A DNA stretch of 39,374 nt from an uncultured Candidatus Saccharibacteria bacterium (GCA_946500965.1 CAMMXR010000001.1:1-39374), one strand, 5' to 3'; shown: positions 1 through 8,951, counted from the stretch's first letter. Made by a program: numbers and translations. The notes: generated by a model not told the origin, from the letters alone.

Positions 1-52
1 ACTTGGCAAGCATTTTATTTATGCTACAATAGAAGCAAGCATAAGGAGGATT

Positions 53-526
53 ATGAAAAAACCATTCATAGCACTAGCAACTTTAACCCTCGGGCTGACC
101 TTCGGTGCGCTCATGACCTTGCCGGTCGCCGCTCTTGATGGCACCGCCCGCGACACCAGCACCGACGACGGCGTTATGCCCATCAGCGAAACCGACGACA
201 CCACGAACGAAGTCACCGACACCACTGAAGTCGTTGATGAAACCACTGTCACCACCGACGAAACTACCACCGACCTGGAAAATCTAGAAGAGGCCGGCAC
301 TTCTGGCGAAGCCGAAGTTGTCTGCACCGAAGAAGGCGATGAGGACTGCGCCGCCGAAGTAGAGACCACCGAAGAAGAACCCGCTGAGGACTGCGAGCTG
401 GACGAAGACGGCAACTGCGTTGAAGCCGAACCCGAAACCTGGCCGATGATTCTCTCCTTCGCTGCCATTGGTGTCACCGTGATTATTACCATTATCCTCG
501 CCATCGCCGGCCGCGGCAAAAAATGA
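53..526 (+). CDS. Acidic secreted protein with C-terminal membrane anchor
   Basis: AGGAGG RBS and TGCTACAAT upstream; N-terminal signal-like segment, E/D/T-rich body, C-terminal TM followed by GRGKK. Confidence 0.8.
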   Translation: MKKPFIALATLTLGLTFGALMTLPVAALDGTARDTSTDDGVMPISETDDTTNEVTDTTEVVDETTVTTDETTTDLENLEEAGTSGEAEVVCTEEGDEDCAAEVETTEEEPAEDCELDEDGNCVEAEPETWPMILSFAAIGVTVIITIILAIAGRGKK

Positions 527-575
527 TCTCCCGGCCGCTCTCTAACCGGCCGCTAGCTCAGGATGGGCAGTCACG

Positions 576-1157
576 ATGATTGCCCATCTTGTTGGTCAAG
601 TGACCGAAAAGTTTGATAACCATCTCATCATTGACGTCCACGACGTCGGCTACGAGCTCTTCGTCCCTACTCCCGAAGCCGAACAGGCTGAGCTTGGTAC
701 CACCCAAAAGTTCTATACCTATCACTCCGTGCGCGAGAACGGGGAAGATCTCTACGGTTTCTCCAGCCTCGCCGCCAAGAAACTCTTTGAACTACTGCTC
801 TCCGTCAACGGCATCGGACCCAAAGCCGCCCTCGCCATCTTGAGTCTGGGCGCACCCGCCGATGTCCGCAACGCCATCGCCCTCGCCGATACGGCTTATG
901 TTTCCAAGGCCGCCGGCGTCGGCAAGAAATCCGCCGAGCGCATCATTGTTGACCTCCGCGACAAAGTCGGCGCCCCCGACCATTACGGCACCCACGCGTC
1001 CGCCGCCAGCACCCCCACCTTTGCCGCCTCCGACGAAGCCCTAGACGCCCTTATCGCCCTCGGCTTCCCGCTCAAAGAAGCCTCCGCCGCCCTCGCCGGC
1101 GTTGACCCCAGCCTCCCCACCGCCGAACGCGTCCGCCTCGCCCTCAAGCAACCCTAG
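576..1157 (+). CDS. ruvA: Holliday junction branch migration protein RuvA
   Basis: MIAHLVG...DVGYE, LYGF, HhH VNGIGPKAALAIL and GVGKKSAERIIVDL, C-terminal ALIALGF. Confidence 0.97.
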   Translation: MIAHLVGQVTEKFDNHLIIDVHDVGYELFVPTPEAEQAELGTTQKFYTYHSVRENGEDLYGFSSLAAKKLFELLLSVNGIGPKAALAILSLGAPADVRNAIALADTAYVSKAAGVGKKSAERIIVDLRDKVGAPDHYGTHASAASTPTFAASDEALDALIALGFPLKEASAALAGVDPSLPTAERVRLALKQP

Positions 1158-1298
1158 CTCAGCCACCCCATCGGCACATGTCACTGATACACTTCTCCCA
1201 CCCCAATCACCCCGCCGCCGATTTCCGCATTTGCCCCCTTCTCAAACCGCAAAAAGTATGCTAAAATAATGGATAGTTTTTAATATAAAGGTTAAATT

Positions 1299-1805
1299 AT
1301 GAGTTTTACAGATTTGCAATTCATTGGCGACCAGCAGAAAAAAGCTGCCGTGGTTGACGTCCGCTCCGGCGATACCGTTCGGGTTACCCAAAAAATTAAA
1401 GAAGGCGACAAGTTTCGTTCTCAGGTCTTTGAAGGCGTTGTGATTCGCACCGACCGCAAGAACTCCCACACTGCCCGCATCACCGTCCGCAAAATCGCCT
1501 CTGGCGTCGGCGTGGAGAAATCCTTCCTGATTCATAACCCCCTGGTAGAAAAGATTGAGATCGTCCACCGCGCCAACGTCCGCCGCAAGAATCTCTCCTT
1601 CCTCCGCGAGCGCTCCGGTAAATCCGCCCGCCTCGCCACCAAGGCCTTTGATCGCAACGCCGTCAACCATCCTGAAGCTGCCCTTGCTACTGAGACTACC
1701 GACGCCCCAGCCGCTGAGACCGCCGAGACTACCGCAGCCGCAGAGACTCCCGCCGAGACCCCGGCTCCCGCAGCGACCGACACCGCAACCTCTAACGCAG
1801 CCTAA
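1299..1805 (+). CDS. rplS: 50S ribosomal protein L19 with Ala/Thr/Glu-rich tail
   Basis: GDTVRV..KIKEG, FEGVVI, TVRKIASGVGVEK, VRRKNLSFLR. Confidence 0.97.
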   Translation: MSFTDLQFIGDQQKKAAVVDVRSGDTVRVTQKIKEGDKFRSQVFEGVVIRTDRKNSHTARITVRKIASGVGVEKSFLIHNPLVEKIEIVHRANVRRKNLSFLRERSGKSARLATKAFDRNAVNHPEAALATETTDAPAAETAETTAAAETPAETPAPAATDTATSNAA

Positions 1806-1807
1806 TC

Positions 1808-2893
1808 TTGGCGAGTTCAATCCTCGGTATTGATGAAGTTGGTCGCGGCCCCTGGGCCGGACCACTTGTCGTTGGCGCCGTCATTCTCGGCGCCACTTTT
1901 CTTGACCCCGAGAACCCTACTTTGCGCGACGCCTATCTTGCCCTGGACGATTCCAAGCGCCTCACGCCCGCCCGTCGCACCGCCCTCAGCGAAATTATTC
2001 TCACCCACGCTGCCGCCACCGGCCTCGGCTGGGTTACTGCCGCCGAACTTGACCGCTACGGCCTCTCCGCCAGCCTCAAACTCGCCACTCGCCGCGCCGT
2101 CAAGCCCATCCTCACCAGGAGAACGCATTTTGACGAAATTATCATTGACGGTACCGTCAATTTTCTCCAAACCACCCCACTCCGCGACTGCGTCACCACC
2201 TTAAAATGCGCCGACCACCTCGTTAAAGACGTTGCCGCCGCCTCCATCATCGCCAAAGTCGCCCGCGACCAGTATATGATCAATCTCTCCGCACGATATC
2301 CCGGCTATGGTTTTGAAAAACACGTCGGCTACGGCACTGCCCAGCACCGCGCCGCCCTCGCCGAGCTCGGCCCCTGCCCCGAACACCGGCTCAGCTTTCG
2401 CCCCCTCCAGGCTTTCGCCCCCAACCAACCCTCAAAAAGCCCTAAAAACACCACCAATGGGGCCCATAAAACTTTATGTAACTTTTACAACGTTTCCGGT
2501 TTCACATCTGGAAACCACCCTGCCGCCACCTGTTGTAATTCTTACAACACTACCATCAAAGGGCACGCCGCCGAATCCGCCGTCAAATCCTGCCTAGAAA
2601 CCCAAAGCCACACCTTCATCGCTCAAAACTTCCGCACCACAGCCTACGAAATTGATCTCATCACCACCAAAGACCGCAAAATCTACTTCACCGAAGTCAA
2701 ATACAGCCGCTCCCACTTCCGCGAAGGCAGCCCGCTGGTCCGCATCACCCCCGAAAAACAGCAAAGAATGTCCTTCGCCGCCACCGCCTTCCTTAAAACC
2801 CACCCGGAGTTCCAATCCTACGCACCCCAACTTGCCGTCGCCGCCGTCTCTGGCGACAACTTCCAGGTTGAAACCTGGTTCCCGCTTGACTAG
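1808..2893 (+). CDS. rnhB: Ribonuclease HII fused to a C-terminal YraN/UPF0102-like nuclease domain
   Basis: GIDEVGRGPWAGP, DSKRL, IDG, AAASIIAKVARD, GYGT, HRLSF; C-terminal G..AE..NFR...EIDLI...FTEVK; TTG start. Confidence 0.92.
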   Translation: MASSILGIDEVGRGPWAGPLVVGAVILGATFLDPENPTLRDAYLALDDSKRLTPARRTALSEIILTHAAATGLGWVTAAELDRYGLSASLKLATRRAVKPILTRRTHFDEIIIDGTVNFLQTTPLRDCVTTLKCADHLVKDVAAASIIAKVARDQYMINLSARYPGYGFEKHVGYGTAQHRAALAELGPCPEHRLSFRPLQAFAPNQPSKSPKNTTNGAHKTLCNFYNVSGFTSGNHPAATCCNSYNTTIKGHAAESAVKSCLETQSHTFIAQNFRTTAYEIDLITTKDRKIYFTEVKYSRSHFREGSPLVRITPEKQQRMSFAATAFLKTHPEFQSYAPQLAVAAVSGDNFQVETWFPLD

Positions 2894-2943
2894 CCTCTCA
2901 AAAATCCATCAACAACCCACGTCCACCCACACGCCAGTCCACT

Positions 2944-3936
2944 TTATTTAGACACATTAAACCGAAATTCCACCACATCCCCCTCCTGCATCACGTAAGT
3001 TTTCCCCTCCGTGCGCAGCTTGCCCGCCGCCTTCACCGCCTGCTCCGACCCCAGTGCCACCAAATCATCATATTTCATCACCTCCGCCGCAATAAACCCC
3101 CGCTGGAAATCCGTATGAATCACCCCCGCCGCTTCCGGCGCCGTCGCCCCCTGCTTAATCGTCCACGCCCGCACTTCTTTCTTACCCGCGGTCAAGAAAC
3201 TTTGCAGTCCCAGCGTCTGATACGCCGCCCGAATCAGCTCCGCCAGCGCATCTTCCTCCACCCCATATTCGTGCAGAAACTCCTTCCGCTCCGCCGCCGT
3301 CATCCCCGCCATCTCCGCCTCCAGCTTCGCGTCCACAAATACCGCCTGACTCGGCGCCACCAGCTCACTCATCCGCTGCCTTAGCTCCGTATCTAGCAGT
3401 TCCTGCTCATCTACATTAAACAAATAAATCACCGGCTTCTCTGTCAGGTAGGGAATCACCATCCCCGGGTCCGCCGCACCAGCCGGCTGCTTTTTGCGCT
3501 TCGCCTCCGCCTTCTCGCGCGTCTCCAAATCCGCCAGCTCCAACTCCGTCTGAATCACCTCAATATCCCGCTTCGGGTCCACCGTCTGCGCCACGTGTGT
3601 CACGTCATCATCCCGAAACACCCGCACCACGTGACAAATAATCTGGCACTCCCGAATGTGTGCCAGAAACTTATTGCCCAGCCCCTCGCCCTGCGACGCA
3701 CCTGCCACCAAACCCGCAATGTCCACGAACTCCACCGTCGCCGGCACCACCTTCTCCGTCTCATACATCTTCGCCAGCACCTCCAGCCGCTCATCCGGCA
3801 CCGGCACAATCCCCACGTTCGGCTCAATCGTCGCGAACGGATAATTCGCCGCCAGCGCCCCCGCATTAGTCAGCGCATTAAACAGCGTTGATTTCCCCAC
3901 ATTCGGCAATCCCACAATTCCAATCTTCAAATTCAT
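2944..3936 (-). CDS. ychF: Obg-family ATPase YchF (start reassigned to ATG 3936)
   Basis: GIVGLPNVGKSTLFNALT, NYPFATIEPN, DIAGLV, TGS domain APEAAGVIHTDF, FRFNV. Confidence 0.97.
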   Translation of the reverse strand: MNLKIGIVGLPNVGKSTLFNALTNAGALAANYPFATIEPNVGIVPVPDERLEVLAKMYETEKVVPATVEFVDIAGLVAGASQGEGLGNKFLAHIRECQIICHVVRVFRDDDVTHVAQTVDPKRDIEVIQTELELADLETREKAEAKRKKQPAGAADPGMVIPYLTEKPVIYLFNVDEQELLDTELRQRMSELVAPSQAVFVDAKLEAEMAGMTAAERKEFLHEYGVEEDALAELIRAAYQTLGLQSFLTAGKKEVRAWTIKQGATAPEAAGVIHTDFQRGFIAAEVMKYDDLVALGSEQAVKAAGKLRTEGKTYVMQEGDVVEFRFNVSK

Positions 3937-4059
3937 AGCCAAATTATACCACACTTCACCCCTAATTCCCAACCCCGCCGCCGAACCGTCCTCAAACCCA
4001 CACCCCGCCTACCGACCCGCGCCTTGCCCTCACCCGCCACCCTATGCTAAAATAACCTT

Positions 4060-4983
4060 ATGTTAGGTATCGCCCTCCTGGTTATCCTCGCTCTCTGGCT
4101 GGCTTTTTTGTATCCCATTATCCAGCGCCGCCCCGCCGAAGTCCCCAAAAGCGACCGCTACAACCTTCAGATGAAAAAACTCTGGAACGCTGCCCAAACT
4201 TCTATCCGCGAACACAAGCCTCTCCGCGCCGAGAAAGCCCTGCTCACCATTCTCAAGTTTGACGAGAAAAACGCCGCCGCCTACAACCGCCTTGGCATTC
4301 TCTATGCCAAGGAGCAGAAGTTTAATGAAGCCATTGAATGTTTTGAAATCGCCCAGTCCCTAGATAACAATCCTTCCTCTCTCCACAACGTCGGTCTGAT
4401 TTATCTTGAAACCGGCGCCTACGAAAAAGCCGCCATGGCCTTTGAGCAAGCCATCAGCCTGGAAAACACTCTTCCCGCCCGCTACATCGCCCTCGCCAAA
4501 GCCCGCGAGAAACTCGGCCAGATCAAGGCCGCCGTTGATGCCCTGGAGCAAGCCTACGACCTAGACCATAGCCTCAGCACCCTCCGCCAAATCCTCGCCC
4601 TCCACGAAGCCGTCGGTGACTCCGCTGGCGTCGCTGACACTACTGCCCGCATTGAAGCCCAGCTCGCCGAAACCGCACTTAAAAAGGCCGCCACCACCCG
4701 CCGTTCTCGTACCAGCCGAATTGCCGCCCGCGCCAGCAAGTCCACCACCAAGCCAACCACATCCGCTGCCAAGTCCACCCGACCCACCGCCATCCGGACC
4801 ACCATTAAGCCCGCTCGCACAGTCGCCACCGTCACCGCCAAAATCTCCCGCCTCGCTCCATCCACCACCGGCGCCGCTATTAAGCTCCCCCGCACCTCTC
4901 AAACCGGCACCACCGTCAAGCTCCCCCACGCCGCCAGCACCTTCAAAACCACCCCGCGCCAAATCAACATCAATAAATCATAA
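4060..4983 (+). CDS. Membrane-anchored TPR protein with basic Thr/Lys/Arg-rich tail
   Basis: N-terminal TM; TPR-type helices (AAYNRLGILY, SLHNVGLIY..G.YEKA). Confidence 0.85.
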   Translation: MLGIALLVILALWLAFLYPIIQRRPAEVPKSDRYNLQMKKLWNAAQTSIREHKPLRAEKALLTILKFDEKNAAAYNRLGILYAKEQKFNEAIECFEIAQSLDNNPSSLHNVGLIYLETGAYEKAAMAFEQAISLENTLPARYIALAKAREKLGQIKAAVDALEQAYDLDHSLSTLRQILALHEAVGDSAGVADTTARIEAQLAETALKKAATTRRSRTSRIAARASKSTTKPTTSAAKSTRPTAIRTTIKPARTVATVTAKISRLAPSTTGAAIKLPRTSQTGTTVKLPHAASTFKTTPRQININKS

Positions 4984-4986
4984 AAA

Positions 4987-5062
4987 TGGAGCCGTGTGTC
5001 GGCTCTGCCCCGACGACCTGCCGCTTACAAGGCGGCTGCTCTACTAACTGAGCTAACACGGC
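4987..5062 (-). tRNA. tRNA-Thr(UGU) with non-canonical D/T loops
   Basis: Reverse complement: GCCGTGT/ACACGGC acceptor, GCTC/GAGC D stem, GCCGC-CTTGTAA-GCGGC, GTCGG-GGCAGAG-CCGAC, T discriminator, CCA. Confidence 0.85.
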
Positions 5063-5084
5063 ACTACCTTCAGCATATCAGGTC

Positions 5085-5113
5085 TTGACAAAAAACACAA
5101 GGTTTGATAGAAT
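5085..5113 (+). promoter_or_regulatory. Sigma70 promoter for tRNA-Tyr, overlapping a divergent promoter for tRNA-Thr
   Basis: TTGACA-17 nt-TAGAAT; on the minus strand TTGTGT-17 nt-TATGCT (5100 to 5072). Confidence 0.75.
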
Positions 5114-5141
5114 AAAGGGGGGTAACCCCCGCACATCACAA

Positions 5142-5226
5142 GCTGGAGTAGTCTAGTGGCAATGACAAGAGACTGTAAATCTCTCGCGGTTTCGCTTCGT
5201 AGGTTCGAGTCCTACCTCCAGCACCA
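5142..5226 (+). tRNA. tRNA-Tyr(GUA)
   Basis: GCTGGAG/CTCCAGC acceptor, AGAGA-CTGTAAA-TCTCT, long variable arm, GTAGG-TTCGAGT-CCTAC, ACCA. Confidence 0.96.
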
Positions 5227-5238
5227 TTCGCTTGACCC

Positions 5239-5261
5239 CCGCCGGTTCGCCGGCGGTTTTT
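5239..5261 (+). terminator. Intrinsic terminator
   Basis: CCGCCGG-TTCG-CCGGCGG followed by TTTTT. Confidence 0.85.
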
Positions 5262-5342
5262 CTAGCCATTTTTACACCGCCCACCTCAGTTCGGCGGCAA
5301 TCTCGGCTTGACCATTTCGCCAATGCTTGGTAGCATAGAATT

Positions 5343-7334
5343 ATGGAATCTCAACGGGAACGTCACGGTTGTCCTGCCGCTACACGTCATCATTTCGTGC
5401 GCCGTGCTCGCCTAATCTTAGTCGGCATCCTAACCCTGCTCACCGCCTTTCTGCCCGCCCCCGTCACCCGTGCCCTCAGCGACGCTACCTGGGACTTCTT
5501 CAGCGCCAACGGCATCTATTATTATGATCCCGAGGGTGGCAGCGCAGAGTGTACCACCCACACCAACGGCAGCAACATCACCATCATCGGCGACTCTATC
5601 ACCGAAGGCTCCAAAGACGCCATCCTCGCCCTGCTGCCCGAAGCCGACATTCATTCCCAAGTCTCCAAACGCTTCGGCAGCGGCTCCGACGAGGCTATGA
5701 GTTCTAGCAACACCGACGCCAACCCTAGTGGCATCAGCATTGCCAAATACCTCATCGCCGAGAACCAGCTCCAGTCTACCGTAGTTTTTGCACTCGGCTC
5801 CAACAATATGCCCCTTACTCAAGCCCAAATTGACGACGCCCTAGCATTATTCGGCAACAATCGCCAGATCTTCTTCATCACCAACTACGATGCCAGCGGC
5901 AAAAACAGCTCTTATTACGACACCAATAATTCATTGTTCAACACCGCCGCCGAGAACAGCAACGTACACGTGATTGACTGGGCCGCCGCTGCCTCAGCGG
6001 ACCCCGCCGCCTACCTCTCTAATGACGGTTTGCATCCTACCGCTGCCGGACAAGAACTATTCGCCGAGCTGATTAGTGACGCCGTGGGTGGCTCCACTAG
6101 CACCACCAGCGGCCTCAACGGCAATTATACTAACTACGCTGGCGACCAAGTTCTCACCGACAGCCAAATCACCTTGCTCCAATCCAACATCCCTATCTAC
6201 GAACAAGCCATCCAAAACACCGGCGCCGGACAACACGGCATTAACTGGCAGTTCATGGCCACTTTGCACTACCAAGAGACCGGTCTTAACCGCTATAACC
6301 CCGACAACGGCCAGGGGGTCTACCAGATGTACACTTACGTCAACGAGACCGGCAATACCTTCCCGCCCGCCGACGAAATCAGCGAGGAAGAGTTCCTGCG
6401 CCAAAGCGAACTTGTCATCACCGAGGAGCTCATCCCGATGATCACCAGCAACGACCTCAACCTCTCCAACCCCGACGACATCAAACGCTTCTTCTTCTCT
6501 TTCAACGGTCGCGCCCAACAGTATATTGATAAGGCGCTCGCCATGGGCTTTAGCCAAGAAGAGGCCAACAATGGCGAAGGTTCACCCTATGTCATGAACA
6601 AATACGATGCCGCCCGCGACCCTGACAGCCCCGATATGGACCCTAACTGGCCTGGGCGCTTCGTTGCTGATGGCGTGTATGACCCCAGTTCAGTCGGCGC
6701 GAACTATGGTGCCTTCACCATCTATTCCGCCATCGGTGGCGCTGATGTCTGTATTAGCAGTGTCTCCAGCGGCGGTCTCACCCTGGAACAAGCCCAAGCC
6801 CTGATGGCTGATTACATCTACGACGTTAACTGTACCGACTACGATATTTACTGTACTCATAGCTCCGCCTATGGTCCCAAAGCCAACTGCGTCACCTTCG
6901 TCCAGTATTTCATTGACCGCTTCACTAGCGCCACCGGCATTGCCGCTACCGGTAATGGCGGCTGGGTCGTCAGCAACCTCACCGGCACCGACGTCAGCAG
7001 CCCCTTCGGTCTCTACGCCGCCAGTCTGGACTACAGTTCCAAAGGTTTCGTCTATGGCGGCTTCGTCCCCAAAGCCTTCGCCATCTTCAGTACCGGCCAC
7101 GGCGTTAGCATGTGTGACGGCGTCAAATGCGGACACACCGGCGTCGTGTTAGGGATTAACGAAGCCGAGGACAAAATCTACATCGGCCAAGCCGGCTACG
7201 ACACCCCCTTAGCTGGCTACTCTGACGTGATCGAATATAGTCTCAGCGACTACACCTCTGGCGAATACTGGTTCGCCTACACCGACAGCATCGTTGATCT
7301 TAACGCCATCTCAAGCGCCATAGGAGGGATCTAA
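5343..7334 (+). CDS. Secreted multidomain putative peptidoglycan-modifying enzyme (SGNH + lysozyme-like + CHAP-like)
   Basis: Signal peptide; GDS...G.N...DGLHP; INWQFMATLHYQET...GVYQ; NCVTFVQYF..GNGG..GHTGVV. Confidence 0.75.
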   Translation: MESQRERHGCPAATRHHFVRRARLILVGILTLLTAFLPAPVTRALSDATWDFFSANGIYYYDPEGGSAECTTHTNGSNITIIGDSITEGSKDAILALLPEADIHSQVSKRFGSGSDEAMSSSNTDANPSGISIAKYLIAENQLQSTVVFALGSNNMPLTQAQIDDALALFGNNRQIFFITNYDASGKNSSYYDTNNSLFNTAAENSNVHVIDWAAAASADPAAYLSNDGLHPTAAGQELFAELISDAVGGSTSTTSGLNGNYTNYAGDQVLTDSQITLLQSNIPIYEQAIQNTGAGQHGINWQFMATLHYQETGLNRYNPDNGQGVYQMYTYVNETGNTFPPADEISEEEFLRQSELVITEELIPMITSNDLNLSNPDDIKRFFFSFNGRAQQYIDKALAMGFSQEEANNGEGSPYVMNKYDAARDPDSPDMDPNWPGRFVADGVYDPSSVGANYGAFTIYSAIGGADVCISSVSSGGLTLEQAQALMADYIYDVNCTDYDIYCTHSSAYGPKANCVTFVQYFIDRFTSATGIAATGNGGWVVSNLTGTDVSSPFGLYAASLDYSSKGFVYGGFVPKAFAIFSTGHGVSMCDGVKCGHTGVVLGINEAEDKIYIGQAGYDTPLAGYSDVIEYSLSDYTSGEYWFAYTDSIVDLNAISSAIGGI

Positions 7335-8125
7335 TGAATCCAAACACCACCTATCACCCCTACAAAAAAATCGTCCTCATCAGCATCGCCTTCGTCGGTG
7401 GCATCGTCCTGCTTTCACTCCTAATTATGCTGCTCCAGCGCATTTTCTACCGCAACCCCTTTGGCGAAGAGATTCGCATTGATAACTTCTCCAGCTACTT
7501 CTCCGACACCCCCACCGAACAACAAGAAATGATCTTCCACGGACTTTACAACGCGGTCGCCCGCAACACCGCTGATCCTGCCACCATCCCCAAATCCGGC
7601 GCCCTGATTCGCGCTGATACCGTCACCAGTGAATCTAACTCTGAAACCCAAGTTAACTACGGCACCTTCATCGTTGACCTCGCCACCCTTGAACAATCCT
7701 ACCGCGTCCAATTTGAATGGTCGCCCGAAGCCGGCAACCCCAACCTTTCTGGATATGCCGTCCTCGTCACCTGTCCAGCCGCCGAGTTCGTAATCTACCC
7801 CGACTTCGTCTGCACCGATGAACTGACCGAGGAAAACGAACGGATTGAGGAAATCAATACCGAATACCCCATCATGAAAGACCTCCCCATCAAGATTGAC
7901 TACTTTGCCGGCGGCTATGGCAAACAAACCCGCTACGACATTGAGGGCGATCTGAACACCTACGAAAACGGCGAAAACACCTTCAAAATCATCATCACCG
8001 ATTACTCCGGCGGCAACTACGAAGCCGCGCTTACGCGGATTCGCGATCTCGGCTACAACCCCGACGACTACACCATTGAATATACCGACCTCAGTCAGGC
8101 CATGTCCTGGGGCTACGCCAACTAG
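7334..8125 (+). CDS. Hypothetical single-TM acidic extracytoplasmic protein
   Basis: TAATG-coupled to the upstream gene; N-terminal TM; host-like codon usage. Confidence 0.8.
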   Translation: MNPNTTYHPYKKIVLISIAFVGGIVLLSLLIMLLQRIFYRNPFGEEIRIDNFSSYFSDTPTEQQEMIFHGLYNAVARNTADPATIPKSGALIRADTVTSESNSETQVNYGTFIVDLATLEQSYRVQFEWSPEAGNPNLSGYAVLVTCPAAEFVIYPDFVCTDELTEENERIEEINTEYPIMKDLPIKIDYFAGGYGKQTRYDIEGDLNTYENGENTFKIIITDYSGGNYEAALTRIRDLGYNPDDYTIEYTDLSQAMSWGYAN

Positions 8126-8347
8126 TACAGGCACCGGGTGAGCGAGCGGGGAACTAGCGCGCCAAGATATTCTTCAGCAGCATCGTCCGCCGTCCCGCTT
8201 ATCGTTGCTCCAAACCCCTGCGCATAGTATAATCGCTCCGTTAGCCTAGCTCAGTCTAGGCTATGCTCTTTTTGATGATTGGTGGCGGTCTTTCTTTGGC
8301 CTGAAGCTTAGCCCTAAACATTCTCACTTGGAGGGAGGTGATTATGA

Positions 8348-8572
8348 ATGGTATTTGGATTCTTTGGCTCTGGCGACTACAAAGACCTCAAACCCGCTGG
8401 CACCACCGTCGCCTGTCCCGTCTGCGGCGCACCTTGCGACAGCTGGACTGAAGCTCAGGCGCACTGCCAGCACTCCTGGAACAGCCAGACCTGTTCCCAT
8501 TGCGGTGGCTCTGGTCGCGTCTATGGCGAACGCTGCCCGACCTGCCATGGCACCGGCCGCGTCTCTTACTGA
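8348..8572 (+). CDS. Small Cys-rich zinc-finger protein (DnaJ-type CxxCxGxG repeats)
   Basis: GGAGGTGA RBS; CPVC, CSHCGGSG, CPTCHGTG; own TATAAT upstream and terminator downstream. Confidence 0.75.
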   Translation: MVFGFFGSGDYKDLKPAGTTVACPVCGAPCDSWTEAQAHCQHSWNSQTCSHCGGSGRVYGERCPTCHGTGRVSY

Positions 8573-8620
8573 ACCGCTCTGACAAACACCAACCCCACCC
8601 CGCCATCACTCATCACCCCA

Positions 8621-8643
8621 GCGGTGCCTTCGGGCACCGCTTT
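8621..8643 (+). terminator. Hairpin terminator
   Basis: GCGGTGCC-TTCG-GGCACCGC followed by TTT. Confidence 0.65.
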
Positions 8644-8686
8644 CCTAGTTTACAAACCCCTTCTTTCGTGCTACAATACTTCCATT

Positions 8687-8896
8687 ATGGCAAAAAAGAA
8701 TAACACTAAGCGTAAGCTCATCGGCCTGGTCTCTGAAGAATCTGGTATTCGTGCGTATTACACCAAGAAAAATACCATGAACACCCCCGACAAACTCAGC
8801 CTGCGCAAATACGATCCAATTCTGCGCAAGCACGTCGTCTTCACTGAGACGAAGAAAAACCTCGGCCGCAACGAAGTCAAGGAAAAGAAGCGCTAA
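8687..8896 (+). CDS. rpmG: 50S ribosomal protein L33 (Cys-free form)
   Basis: [33 protein letters not shown]; start moved to ATG 8687. Confidence 0.95.
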   Translation: MAKKNNTKRKLIGLVSEESGIRAYYTKKNTMNTPDKLSLRKYDPILRKHVVFTETKKNLGRNEVKEKKR

Positions 8897-8921
8897 ACCG
8901 CTCCTTCTTCCCATTTTTTGC

Positions 8922-8951
8922 AAATGAGCCTTTTTATAAAAGGCTCATTTT
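8922..8951. terminator. Hairpin terminator, possibly bidirectional
   Basis: AAATGAGCCTTTT-TAT-AAAAGGCTCATTT. Confidence 0.7.

Noticed and set aside
1690-1800. GAGACY repeats at the end of rplS
   Set aside because: They encode a low-complexity AET tail; not an array or mobile repeat
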